Shown: positions 19,554-29,363, numbered from the stretch's first letter. The stretch: 64,000 bases of DNA from Minisyncoccota bacterium (GCA_041674225.1 JBAYWG010000003.1:2582-66581); one strand, 5' to 3'. Notes: generated from the sequence alone by a model not told the origin. Translations and numbers: made by a program.

Positions 19554-19668
19554 ATTCTATATTTATAACATGACACCATCTAAAAACCACATCCCCACAA
19601 AAAATTTGCCAAAACATACATTAGTGTAGTATTACTTGATGAGCGATTATCAATAACTTCGCGAAATT

Positions 19669-21837
19669 ATGTCTAAATTAGTAATAGTAGAGTCACCTGC
19701 AAAGGCAAAGACAATTGAAAAATATCTTTCAGAAATCGGAAAATACCGGGTGGTTGCTTCTGTTGGACATATTCGCGATCTTCCTAAAAATCAAAAGAAA
19801 GCTATCAATATCGAAAAAGGTTTCGTTCCAAATTATGAAGTTGTAAAAGGAAAAGAAAAAATTATTGATGATATAAAAAGTTTGGCAAAAAAAGCTGATG
19901 AAGTACTCCTAGCGACCGACCCCGACCGAGAAGGTGAAGCTATTGCGTGGCACTTAAAAGAAGCGATTGGACTAAAGGGTTCAAAGAGAATTGTTTTTAA
20001 TGAGATTACAAAAGAAGCAATTCAAGAAGCTATAAATCATCCTCGAGAAATTGATATCAATCTAAAAGAAGCACAAGAAGCTCGAAGGGTTTTGGATCGA
20101 CTTTTCGGTTATGGACTTTCTGGATTAATTTGGAAAAAAGTTCGTTATGGACTTTCTGCGGGAAGAGTTCAATCACCTGCTCTACGAATTCTTATGGAAA
20201 GAGAAAGAGAAATTCGTGCATTCAACGCTGAAACTTTTTGGGTCATCACAGCAGATGTTAAATCAAAGGAGAATATTTCTTTTGTTGTCACTTGTGTTGA
20301 AGAACCTGGGGACAAAAAAGAGGTTGAACGAATTTTAGCAGAAGGAGAAAAAGGAAAATGGTTTGTTAAAGATATAAAAGAAACTCAAGCAAAAAGAGCT
20401 CCGCGTCCCCCATTTATTACATCAACACTTCAACAAGCTGCATCAACTCGACTTGGTTATTCACCTTCTAGAACAATGCAACTCGCACAAAAACTTTATG
20501 AAGCTGGACACATTACATACATGCGTACAGACTCTACCAACCTGTCAGCACAAGCCATTGGTCAAATAAAAAGTACCGTTGAAAAAAGATTCGGTGCTGA
20601 TTACTTTTCTGCAAGACTTTATGGAAAAAAATCTAAAAGTGCGCAGGAGGCTCACGAAGCAATACGACCAACCAACTTTGCAAAAGATAATTCCGGACAA
20701 ACTGAAGAACAAAAACGTTTATACAATTTGATTTGGGCAAGAACTGTATCAAGTCAAATGATTGATGCACAGCTTTTACGAACAAAAATTACAGCTAATG
20801 TAGAAAAAGATTCTATTCCTGATTTTAATATCAACGGGCAAAGAACATTAGCTCCAGGTTGGATGAAAGCTGACCCTGCAGCAAAAAGTGAAGAAACGGA
20901 AGTTCCAAAAGTTAAAGTCGGAGATAAACTAGACTTAGTTAAAATCAATGATGAAGAAAAACAAACTCAACCACCTTCACGATATACAGAAGCTGGTTTA
21001 ATTAAAGAACTTGAAAAAAGAGGCATCGGACGACCTTCAACATATGCTGCAATTATTCGTACACTAAACGATCGTGGTTATGTAAATAAAGAGGGACGAA
21101 CTTTAATTCCAACAGACACAGGAGATGTCGTTTCTAGTTTTGTAGAGCAACATTTTGAAAAATATATTTCTGATGATTTCACTTCAGAAATGGAATCTGA
21201 ATTAGATGAAATTGCAACTGGTGACAGAACATACAAAAAAACTTTAAGTGATTTTTATACACCTTTCATGAAGGATGTTGATGCAAAAGATGAAATTGAA
21301 AAAATTACAAACTTAGGGGACGCCGATGAAAAGTTTAAATGTCCGAAATGCAAAAGTTTAATGCAAATCAAACTTGGTAAAGCTGGGAAGTTTTTATCTT
21401 GTGCAAAATTTCCAGACTGTGATGGAGCTCTAACAATCGAAGGTGAAGAATGGAAACAAGATGAACCTATTGGAACAGATCCAGAAAGTGGACTTCCTAT
21501 CACAGTATTGAATGGACGATTCGGACCATATCTACAAATTGGAGAAAAGACAAAAGAAAATCCAAAACCTCGTCGAGCAAGTATTCCAAAAGAAATCGAA
21601 CCGAGCATCATAACAATGGAGCAAGCATTGAAATTTTTATCATTGCCTAGAAATCTAGGAACACATCCAACAACAGGAAAAGACATTCTCGCCAACAACG
21701 GAAGATTTGGACCGTACGTAATGCACGATGGAGATTTTCGTTCCCTAAAAACAGATAGTGTTTATGAAGTAGATTTAAAAAGAGCTTTAGAAATTTTAGC
21801 TGAAGAAAAGAAGACTCGAAGAGGACGTCAAAAATAA
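19669..21837 (+). CDS. topA: DNA topoisomerase I
   Basis: LVIVESPAKAK, ATDPDREGE, GRVQS, ITYMRTDS; Zn ribbon and Topo-C repeats. Confidence 0.97.
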   Translation: MSKLVIVESPAKAKTIEKYLSEIGKYRVVASVGHIRDLPKNQKKAINIEKGFVPNYEVVKGKEKIIDDIKSLAKKADEVLLATDPDREGEAIAWHLKEAIGLKGSKRIVFNEITKEAIQEAINHPREIDINLKEAQEARRVLDRLFGYGLSGLIWKKVRYGLSAGRVQSPALRILMEREREIRAFNAETFWVITADVKSKENISFVVTCVEEPGDKKEVERILAEGEKGKWFVKDIKETQAKRAPRPPFITSTLQQAASTRLGYSPSRTMQLAQKLYEAGHITYMRTDSTNLSAQAIGQIKSTVEKRFGADYFSARLYGKKSKSAQEAHEAIRPTNFAKDNSGQTEEQKRLYNLIWARTVSSQMIDAQLLRTKITANVEKDSIPDFNINGQRTLAPGWMKADPAAKSEETEVPKVKVGDKLDLVKINDEEKQTQPPSRYTEAGLIKELEKRGIGRPSTYAAIIRTLNDRGYVNKEGRTLIPTDTGDVVSSFVEQHFEKYISDDFTSEMESELDEIATGDRTYKKTLSDFYTPFMKDVDAKDEIEKITNLGDADEKFKCPKCKSLMQIKLGKAGKFLSCAKFPDCDGALTIEGEEWKQDEPIGTDPESGLPITVLNGRFGPYLQIGEKTKENPKPRRASIPKEIEPSIITMEQALKFLSLPRNLGTHPTTGKDILANNGRFGPYVMHDGDFRSLKTDSVYEVDLKRALEILAEEKKTRRGRQK

Positions 21838-21881
21838 AAAATTTAGCCGGTATTGTGTTGATCTCACAATACCGGCTAATA
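21836..21881. terminator. bidirectional terminator hairpin
   Basis: ttagccggtattgtg-ttgatct-cacaataccggctaa perfect stem. Confidence 0.8.
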
Positions 21882-22130
21882 TCCGCTTAGAGGGTTTCCC
21901 TAATTTGTTGGCGTGCGCATGATGAAGCGAACCAATACGCAGGCAACAATGTGGCTCGTCAGAAAACTGATCTCCTTTTTCTGGTTAGATTTTCTGGGAA
22001 AAATCTATCGGAAAATACCATTCCACTAAACCGTTCTATGCTGCGCATTTCTAAGTCGAGCAACATGGTTGCAAAATTCAGAAACCCGCTGAATTTTGCA
22101 GCCCCAAAGAAACAAAGAACGAGTTACCGT
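21840..22130 (-). ncRNA. candidate structured ncRNA 3 (unassigned)
   Basis: TTGACT at about 22162, boxA-like GTTCTTTG, then about six consecutive hairpins (e.g. TGCAAAATTCAG/CTGAATTTTGCA) up to the terminator. Confidence 0.5.
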
Positions 22131-22169
22131 GAGATATTTACATTTTTAAACAAAACAGTCAACAAAGGC

Positions 22170-23135
22170 TTAAACTGTAAAGTTATCAATCGAAAATACT
22201 TCTTCGTCATCTAGCTCTGAAGGAGAATTATCCACTTCTAAAATCTCGTCGTTTTGTGTGTCTGAGGGATTAGCAACAGATGCTTCTTTTTCTCTATTTT
22301 CGTTTATCAAAGCTAAAATATTTCGTAGATCTTCTTCATTGAAATAATCAATTCTAATTCTTCCTCCAACTTCTTTTGGTTCAATATGAACTCTAGTTCC
22401 CAGTGCATCACTCGCCTTTTTCTCCATTTCAAAAATATCCGGAGCGAATGTTCTCTCTGGTCGTCGAATTTTTTCTTGCGCAATACCTCGTGCAATTTTT
22501 TCTGCATCACGCACAGTCATTCTCTTCAAAACGATTTCTTTGAACAAAACATTCTGTTCTTCTGGCCGACTTGAAAGCATTAACAATGGTCTTGTATGTC
22601 CTTCTGAAATTTTTCCTTCACCAAGCGCAGCTAAAATTTCTTCCGGTAGTGCCAAAAGACGAATTGTATTTGAAACATACTCACGACTCTTCCCAACTTT
22701 TTTCGCAATATCAACATGCTTTAATTTAAACTCTTCAGCAAGTCTTTGAAATGATCGTGCTCGATCAACAGCATTCAAATCTTCTCGTTGTAAGTTTTCG
22801 ATAATTGCTAATTCAAGTTTTACCCTGTCATCATCTTCTTTGGCACGAATCAAAGCTGGCACCTCTCGAAGCCCAGCAAGCTTTGAAGCACGTAATCTTC
22901 TTTCTCCTGCAATCAATTCATATTCAACACCAATTCCTCCATCGTCCTTTTGATATTCTTTTCTTGTAACAACAAGTGGTTGAAGAATTCCGTACATACG
23001 AATAGAATCTGCAAGGTCGCGAAGCTTTGCTTCATCAAATTCTTGCCGAGGTTGAAATGGATTCGGTCTAATTTTTTCTACCTCAATAAAGAAAACGGCG
23101 TTGTTATGGAATACTGAATGTGGTGTTTCTGACAT
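22170..23135 (-). CDS. parB: ParB/Spo0J chromosome partitioning protein
   Basis: PNPFQPR, GILQPL, IAGERRLRA, IENLQREDL, HTH. Confidence 0.95.
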   Translation of the reverse strand: MSETPHSVFHNNAVFFIEVEKIRPNPFQPRQEFDEAKLRDLADSIRMYGILQPLVVTRKEYQKDDGGIGVEYELIAGERRLRASKLAGLREVPALIRAKEDDDRVKLELAIIENLQREDLNAVDRARSFQRLAEEFKLKHVDIAKKVGKSREYVSNTIRLLALPEEILAALGEGKISEGHTRPLLMLSSRPEEQNVLFKEIVLKRMTVRDAEKIARGIAQEKIRRPERTFAPDIFEMEKKASDALGTRVHIEPKEVGGRIRIDYFNEEDLRNILALINENREKEASVANPSDTQNDEILEVDNSPSELDDEEVFSIDNFTV

Positions 23136-23217
23136 ATTGAGGACATTTTAGCACAAAGTTTGAAACCTCAAAAAGATTGCAACTATGAGCTTTTTTTCGT
23201 AAGCTATTTGAACACTT

Positions 23218-23299
23218 GCCGAGGTGGCGGAATTGGTAGACGCGCACGACTCAAAATCGTGTTCCGTAAGGGGTGAGGGTTCGATTCCCTCTCTCGGCA
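23218..23299 (+). tRNA. tRNA-Leu(CAA)
   Basis: GCCGAGG acceptor stem, CACGA-CTCAAAA-TCGTG anticodon arm, long variable arm, GGTTCGATTCC. Confidence 0.95.
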
Positions 23300-23304
23300 C
23301 AAAG

Positions 23305-23338
23305 AAAAAAAGCCGCACGACGAAGTCGTGCGGCTTTT
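23305..23338. terminator. bidirectional terminator
   Basis: aaaagccgcacgac-gaa-gtcgtgcggctttt between convergent tRNA-Leu and pheA. Confidence 0.85.
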
Positions 23339-23348
23339 AACCTATATC

Positions 23349-24221
23349 TCACCTTGAAAGAACTTCAAAAGGACCGAAGCACAAATGACTTGTAACATTT
23401 GATTCAAACCTTCCGACAGCACGTTCAAATGCATCCAACTGCTCTTCTGCGACTTCAATTTCGATTGCAAAATTATAAATCCTATTACCCACATGGACTG
23501 AGTGAATCTGAATCAAATTCAAACCCTCTTCCGCGAACGGCAAAAGTGATTGAACCAATGCTCCAGGTTCATGTGCAAGTTCGTAAACAATAAGCACTCG
23601 ATTATTTTTTCCAACTGACACCGCATGTGATTTGGGTGCAATCAAAAAGAATGTCGTGAATGCTTCTTTGTCTTCAAAACTTTCATCAATAATTTTTAAA
23701 CCGTATTTTTCTGATGCGGACTTTGGACCCAAAGCAGCAAACATTGAATACCCTTCATCTTCAGATACAAGTCGAGCAGCTTCACCATTACTGGAGACAG
23801 AAATTGTCGGCAAAGTCGTTTTTGCAATATTACCTTTGCATGCTCCCAGTGATTTGGGGTGTGCAACAATCTTCTCAATTGAAGATTCCGAAACACCACC
23901 TCTTGTCATCAAACAAAAGTGTAGATTCATTTTGATTGCTCCAACAATTCGAAACGGACAATCCTCCGTTCTCTTATACATTGAGACCAATTCAATGAAT
24001 GATTCCAGCGGCTCTGCAACTCTACCTTCCGCCAATGTCTCCATCGCGATTGTTCCGTACCCTTCATGACCGCGAATCAAACCCAAAATTTCTGAATTTG
24101 AATTTGCAGGAACACAATTTGTCTCATCTGTTTTGGGAGCATCATAAATTTCCGACAGGATGTTGTATGCATCGTGCGAAAATGTTGCTCCAACCGGACC
24201 GAGAAACGTTATATTTTTCAT
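23349..24221 (-). CDS. pheA: prephenate dehydratase with ACT domain
   Basis: FLGPVGATFS, HPKSLGAC, SSNGEAA, FTTFFLI (TRF-like position), HEPGAL...NLIQIHS ACT domain. Confidence 0.85.
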   Translation of the reverse strand: MKNITFLGPVGATFSHDAYNILSEIYDAPKTDETNCVPANSNSEILGLIRGHEGYGTIAMETLAEGRVAEPLESFIELVSMYKRTEDCPFRIVGAIKMNLHFCLMTRGGVSESSIEKIVAHPKSLGACKGNIAKTTLPTISVSSNGEAARLVSEDEGYSMFAALGPKSASEKYGLKIIDESFEDKEAFTTFFLIAPKSHAVSVGKNNRVLIVYELAHEPGALVQSLLPFAEEGLNLIQIHSVHVGNRIYNFAIEIEVAEEQLDAFERAVGRFESNVTSHLCFGPFEVLSR

Positions 24222-24272
24222 TTATCTTCTCCTTTACTTTTATTTTATTGTTAATGTACTCCTTCTAAAAAC

Positions 24273-24345
24273 AAAAAACCGCCATCCGAAGGGATAGCGG
24301 TTTGTCTTTAGAATATATACAACGCTAATTCACCCTTCGGATTTC
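24273..24345 (-). promoter_or_regulatory. transcription attenuator upstream of pheA
   Basis: Terminator AAACCGCTATCC-CTTC-GGATGGCGGTTTTTT; competing antiterminator ATCCGAAGGG...TAGCG pairs with CGCTATCCCTTCGGAT. Confidence 0.85.
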
Positions 24346-24387
24346 CGAATTCTTAAACCAATTAAAGAATGAATTTGTGTGTATCAC
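24325..24387 (-). CDS. Phe/Trp-rich leader peptide MIHTNSFFNWFKNSEIRRVN
   Basis: GTG 6 nt after a TTGCGT-17-TACTAT promoter; F-F-N-W-F cluster; stop lies within the antiterminator strand. Confidence 0.8.
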   Translation of the reverse strand: MIHTNSFFNWFKNSEIRRVN

Positions 24388-24469
24388 TCTGTTATAGTAT
24401 CTAACCAAGTATTTTTACGCAAGATATAATTGACTTGATGATATATATATGTCAGTTTACTTTTATAAA

Positions 24470-25321
24470 ATGAAAAACAAACTACCTAAAATTATTGTCA
24501 TTGTCGGACCCACAGCTTCTGGGAAAAGTGATCTGGCGGTAAAAGTTGCCAAAGAAAAAAATGGTGAGGTTATTTCTGCTGATTCAAGACAAGTTTATAA
24601 AGGTTTAGATATCGGAAGTGGAAAAATTACAAAACGTGAAATGCGCGGTGTTCCACATTTTCTTTTAGATGTCGCAAATCCAAAAAAAGTTTTTACCGTT
24701 GCTGATTTTAAAAGAATTGGACAAAAAGCAATCAGTGATATTTTGTCACGTGGAAAAACTCCGATAATTGTCGGTGGAACTGGTTTTTATATTGATGCAC
24801 TTGTATATGACATAGATATTCCAGAAGTTCCTCCAAATAAAATCCTTCGAGAAAAATTAGAGAAAAAATCTACTGAACAACTTTTCAAACAACTACAAAA
24901 ACTCGATCCCGAACGATCAGAGGAAATTGATTCAAAAAATAAAGTGCGATTAGTGCGTGCGATTGAGGTTGTGAAAGCTTTGGGAAAAGTACCGAAAACA
25001 AAAAAGAAAAATCAGTTTGATGTTGAGTGGATTGGAATTGATTGGCCTGATGAAATTTTAAAGGAAAGAATTCACACTCGCCTGTTGAAAAGAATCAAAT
25101 CCGGCATGATCAAAGAAGCAGAAAATTTACACGCGCAAGGATTGTCTTATAAGCGAATGGAATCTCTTGGCTTGGAATACAGATATATGGCACGATTTTT
25201 GAAAGGTGAAATTTCTCGCGAAGAAATGATTGCGGAACTTGAAATCAAAATTCGCCAATACACCAAACGCCAAAGAACTTGGTTTAAGAGAAATAAAGAT
25301 ATTAAGTGGATTAAAAACTAG
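24470..25321 (+). CDS. miaA: tRNA dimethylallyltransferase
   Basis: GPTASGKS, ISADSRQVY, VGGTGFY, YTKRQRTWF. Confidence 0.96.
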   Translation: MKNKLPKIIVIVGPTASGKSDLAVKVAKEKNGEVISADSRQVYKGLDIGSGKITKREMRGVPHFLLDVANPKKVFTVADFKRIGQKAISDILSRGKTPIIVGGTGFYIDALVYDIDIPEVPPNKILREKLEKKSTEQLFKQLQKLDPERSEEIDSKNKVRLVRAIEVVKALGKVPKTKKKNQFDVEWIGIDWPDEILKERIHTRLLKRIKSGMIKEAENLHAQGLSYKRMESLGLEYRYMARFLKGEISREEMIAELEIKIRQYTKRQRTWFKRNKDIKWIKN

Positions 25322-25797
25322 GCCAACATCCTATCTACCAAACCCAACACATCGCTCGGAGTAGATTCTGCTTTAACGAGATATTTTGTGACTCCAAGAT
25401 TATTTCCTTTTTCAATTGCTTCTGATTGGTCGCCCATGTTAGATAGAACAATTTTAATCGCACCTTGATCAAGATTTTCTTCTTTCATTGTTTGCATAAA
25501 TTCAAAACCACTCATTCCAGGCATGATGATATCGATCAACATCAAATCAACTTTGTTTCCTGAACGCAAAACTTCTAGAGCCTCATCAGCTGAGCTACAA
25601 GTGATTGCTTCATAGCCTTCATTTTTTAGTCTCTTCGAATACATATCTAAAAGAAAAGTATCATCATCGACTAACAAAATTTTTCCTTTCGAAAGTTTTG
25701 CAACACTTTCCGTTGTGTTTTGTGTCTCTGAATTAGTTTGGTCTAAAGTAGATAATATTGATTGAAGTAATGTTGGTTTTTGCGTTATTGAAATCAT
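25318..25797 (-). CDS. single-domain response regulator (REC)
   Basis: ILLVDDD, LMLIDIIMPGMSG, IVLSN, YLVK. Confidence 0.9.
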   Translation of the reverse strand: MISITQKPTLLQSILSTLDQTNSETQNTTESVAKLSKGKILLVDDDTFLLDMYSKRLKNEGYEAITCSSADEALEVLRSGNKVDLMLIDIIMPGMSGFEFMQTMKEENLDQGAIKIVLSNMGDQSEAIEKGNNLGVTKYLVKAESTPSDVLGLVDRMLA

Positions 25798-25835
25798 GCC
25801 CTAATTTTACAACAAAATAAACGAAAAATCACACT

Positions 25836-25910
25836 TGGCGGGCCCACGAGGACTCGAACCTCGAACTGCGGTTTTGGAGACCGATGTTTTACCATTGAAA
25901 CTATAAGCCC
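25836..25910 (-). tRNA. tRNA-Trp(CCA) with U27:C43 mismatch and A24
   Basis: GGGCTTA TA GTTT CAATGGTA AAAC A TCGGT CTCCAAA ACCGC AGTT CGAGG TTCGAGT CCTCG TGGGCCC G CCA. Confidence 0.95.
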
Positions 25911-25944
25911 AGTGAAGATACTTTAACAAACAGAAGGCCATAAG

Positions 25945-25979
25945 AAAAGGAGCGGGCGCCTGCGGCGCCCGCTCCTTTT
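25945..25979. terminator. GC-rich terminator hairpin after rpmG
   Basis: aaaaggagcgggcgcc-tgc-ggcgcccgctcctttt. Confidence 0.8.
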
Positions 25980-25999
25980 CCCTCTCCAACCCTAAAAAA

Positions 26000-26155
26000 T
26001 TACTTCTTAATCTCTTTATAAACTGTAGGCTTTCGTAAAACCGGATTGTACTTTTTCAATTCAAGTTTTTTCTCAACAGTCTTCCGATTCTTTCGAGTAA
26101 ATCGAATATGCCCTGTTTCTTGGCATTTAATTTTAACTAATTTATCTTGTGACAT
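26000..26155 (-). CDS. rpmG: 50S ribosomal protein L33
   Basis: Manual translation MSQDKLVKIKCQETGHIRFTRKNRKTVEKKLELKKYNPVLRKPTVYKEIKK. Confidence 0.93.
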   Translation of the reverse strand: MSQDKLVKIKCQETGHIRFTRKNRKTVEKKLELKKYNPVLRKPTVYKEIKK

Positions 26156-26198
26156 AGTCCATAGAGATTACCACAACCTCAGATTTTAGGCAATAAAG

Positions 26199-29100
26199 CT
26201 ATATTTCCCTCACCTCTGGACTCAATAAGCAAACAACCTCTGATGCCAAAACTTGCCCACTGAATTGTTTACAAGAAATCTGATACCGTCCTGGATCTAA
26301 CTCTAGAGGGCCTGAAACATCCACACTGACTGCCTCCTGACCATCCTTAGTCAAAACACATGTTGTTGCATCATTTACAGAGCTTATGTCTAACATACAT
26401 CTTCTATTTGTAAGAATTTGCCGTATTCCACCATCAAACAACCTGCCTGGTGCTTGTTGTGTTGTAGAAGTTTCAATATCCACCTCAGTATCAAGAGGAT
26501 TCAAAATTTCACAGTCAGATTTGCTGGTAAAGACGAGTTTGGATGATGAACTACCTTCATTGTCTTGCACGCTCACATTAAAGGTCTTGCTACCCGAATC
26601 AGTCCACACACGAGTTGTGCTAACTGATGAAGCTGTTGTGTATCCACTTGCTGGTAGTATTTGATCAACAAAACCATCATTATTCCAATCTATTAAAAAT
26701 CGAATTCTTTTTCCTGCATTAACAGATTTAAAAGTATAAGGTATCTCATTTCCAACTGGATTGCTCACACAAGCATTTCTAGAAACAGATGGTGACTGCA
26801 AAAATAATCCTGGTATCAAAGCATCAGGAGTTACAGTAATAGGACAAGATATTTGTTGTGCAGAGATCATAAGATGACTCGATACCTTACTCCATTCTGA
26901 CATAAGTGTCTCATGTGCAGGTTTTAGTAATTGAAGAGTGTTTTTTAATCCTCCTGTAAAAGAATACTTTTGAAATTTAATTGGTAAATCTGTATTTCCC
27001 ATTAAATAATTTAGAATCTGCCAAGAACTTACGATATTACTATTGGAATAATTTGTAACTAAAGAAGGAGAAGCGTGTTTCAAACAACTATTAGCTGCAA
27101 GATTTCCATTTCCCCAACTTCCTCCTCCTGTATTACTGATACCATAATGAAACACACCATATGTACTACTAAATTGAAACAGCGCAGTGTAATTTCCCAA
27201 AACATCCATAACACAATCTTTATCACTACCAACACTAGCGCAACTTGTAGGCAATCCACTAATAGCTTTATTGGGTGGATTAACAGAAAGATCTGTATAA
27301 GTTTTAATTATTCCAGCAAAAGCACTATTCTCTTCTCTAATATAATTTTTTTCTACACACAAATTTGAAGGTGCAGCACCACCTGATTTCCAACTTCCAT
27401 AAGGAGAGTCATATGTACCTCCACTTCCAAACCAAGAAACATCTTCATTCTGATGAGGAATAAACTCAAATTTTAATCTTGTTCCAGCAGGTACAGATGA
27501 TCCACAAGCAACGACTTCACCTGTATTTAAATTTAAAACTCTGGTGCTATATCTGACAGTCGCGGTAACGTTTTTCAGAGCACCAGGAACTTTTCCTTTT
27601 GTTAGAGCTTCTATAGGAGTACCCTTAGTGATTCCATCTGGAGTAACTGTATTAGTGAAAACAAAAGAAGGATTAGGTGATGTCCAAACCACACTTTCAG
27701 CTTTAACTTGATTAATATCCCAGAAAAAAGCAGGTGAAAAAACTATTAGAAATATTAATAGTTTTTGAGAGTTTGATTTTGATTTCATTAAAAGTCCAAA
27801 TAAAATTAACACCACAAGTAAGACTCCAGCAGCAACACTAATAATGATGTTGTTTTTTAATAAATTCATCAAGTACGATCCTGAATTTTCAAAAGAACCA
27901 CAAGCATTGAATTGTTCACATCTGTAATAGACCGTATCCTCATCAACTAATTCATCGCCTTGATACAAAAACGCTTTAATTATAAATGTTGAATGATTAC
28001 TCTTTGGCACAAATTTATCCAGTGTTGCCATCATGTCTCCAGAAATATTTCCAGAAAATTCATGTTCGTGAATCAAGTTACTATTTTCATCTAACACTTG
28101 TATAACAAGTCTTCCTTGTACAACACTATCTGCTGTATTGTGAAAACACGCAAATAATTCAACTTCCTGATTTTTAATTAATGGATATTGCTTAACGGCA
28201 GGAAAGTTAATTCTAAGTCTGTCTGCCCCACTCAAAACAAATCTTGGATTTAAAATTGATTTTGTATCTTTGTATTTTAGTACAATCTCAGAAAGATATA
28301 CTGGATAATTTTTATCTGAAACATCAAAAGAAGCTTCCTTAGAACTTCGAGCGGGCACAGTAACCCACGATTCTTTTTCTTGAAGATTATTTTCTTGATG
28401 CATTGCATCCCAATAAAATGTCTTGAATGCAACAGGAACAGTGACCTCTTCATTCGTACTATTTACAACAGTCGCTTTAATTTTTGTAGGTTTTTGAGAA
28501 TCTACCCTTGGAGGATAAGCTGCAAAAAAATATGGGGCATCATTTATTGTGACGCTATTTTTATCAAAATAAACACCAATATTTTGACCATCAACCACAT
28601 TAAACTCAGCAGTATTACCAACAACATCATCAGTAAATGAAAGACCTAGTAGATTGTATTTATGGTTAGCTACAAAAAATGTGGCTACTTGATATTTACC
28701 ACTCTTCGCAAAAGCTGGGACCTTCCATTCAAATTCAATTGGTCTAGACTCGTTAGCTTTCAAATTTAAATCCCTCAACACAATAAATTGATCAACTACA
28801 TCTGGGCCATTATAATTTTGACCTTCATCATCATTCACTCGAAAAATTTTCACATACAAAGTTCCATTAACTATTGGATATTGATTCTCATTTTTAACAT
28901 CACCAAAAAAAGGAACTGTAACGCCTGGCACAGTTCCAGGAATGTTTGTTTTAATATTTGCTTGAACAGATCCAAATTTATAATGGTCAAAACAAGATAC
29001 TGTCTCACTTGCTTGTAGAGAATTTTTATCTTCTACTTGAGAATTTGTTTCCCAAATTTCTGTTGCTTGATTTACAACATTTTCGTCCACTTCAAAATTA

Positions 29101-29240
29101 GTATCAAAAAAGTCCGATAAATTATCTTTTGGAAATTCAACCGGAGCTGGAACTTCATTGCCTACAACCTGTGCAAAAGAAACTCCACTAAAAAATAAAG
29201 ATAGATTTATAAAAAAGAACACCCAAATGATTTTAGACAT
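26199..29240 (-). CDS. large secreted/membrane surface protein, beta-rich, PKD-like region near the C-terminus
   Basis: Signal peptide (VSFA-Q), internal TM, FLIDWNNDG...WTDSGSKTFNVSVQD PKD-like motif, paired Cys. Confidence 0.7.
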   Translation of the reverse strand: MSKIIWVFFFINLSLFFSGVSFAQVVGNEVPAPVEFPKDNLSDFFDTNFEVDENVVNQATEIWETNSQVEDKNSLQASETVSCFDHYKFGSVQANIKTNIPGTVPGVTVPFFGDVKNENQYPIVNGTLYVKIFRVNDDEGQNYNGPDVVDQFIVLRDLNLKANESRPIEFEWKVPAFAKSGKYQVATFFVANHKYNLLGLSFTDDVVGNTAEFNVVDGQNIGVYFDKNSVTINDAPYFFAAYPPRVDSQKPTKIKATVVNSTNEEVTVPVAFKTFYWDAMHQENNLQEKESWVTVPARSSKEASFDVSDKNYPVYLSEIVLKYKDTKSILNPRFVLSGADRLRINFPAVKQYPLIKNQEVELFACFHNTADSVVQGRLVIQVLDENSNLIHEHEFSGNISGDMMATLDKFVPKSNHSTFIIKAFLYQGDELVDEDTVYYRCEQFNACGSFENSGSYLMNLLKNNIIISVAAGVLLVVLILFGLLMKSKSNSQKLLIFLIVFSPAFFWDINQVKAESVVWTSPNPSFVFTNTVTPDGITKGTPIEALTKGKVPGALKNVTATVRYSTRVLNLNTGEVVACGSSVPAGTRLKFEFIPHQNEDVSWFGSGGTYDSPYGSWKSGGAAPSNLCVEKNYIREENSAFAGIIKTYTDLSVNPPNKAISGLPTSCASVGSDKDCVMDVLGNYTALFQFSSTYGVFHYGISNTGGGSWGNGNLAANSCLKHASPSLVTNYSNSNIVSSWQILNYLMGNTDLPIKFQKYSFTGGLKNTLQLLKPAHETLMSEWSKVSSHLMISAQQISCPITVTPDALIPGLFLQSPSVSRNACVSNPVGNEIPYTFKSVNAGKRIRFLIDWNNDGFVDQILPASGYTTASSVSTTRVWTDSGSKTFNVSVQDNEGSSSSKLVFTSKSDCEILNPLDTEVDIETSTTQQAPGRLFDGGIRQILTNRRCMLDISSVNDATTCVLTKDGQEAVSVDVSGPLELDPGRYQISCKQFSGQVLASEVVCLLSPEVREI

Positions 29241-29363
29241 GTATATATTATGTGTAAATTAAATGTAAATGTACATTATTCCTATCCCCACGAGACGTAA
29301 TAATTCTTAACAACTTAAATAAAAAGAGTTGGTCAGACTCTGTTTTTAATGACCTAAAATGAT

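Noticed and set aside
21951-22214. 87-aa ORF (and similarly 10599..10790)
   Set aside because: No recognisable motif or start context; the region is better explained by RNA hairpins.
25807-25989. 60-aa ORF
   Set aside because: Overlaps tRNA-Trp and a terminator; spurious.
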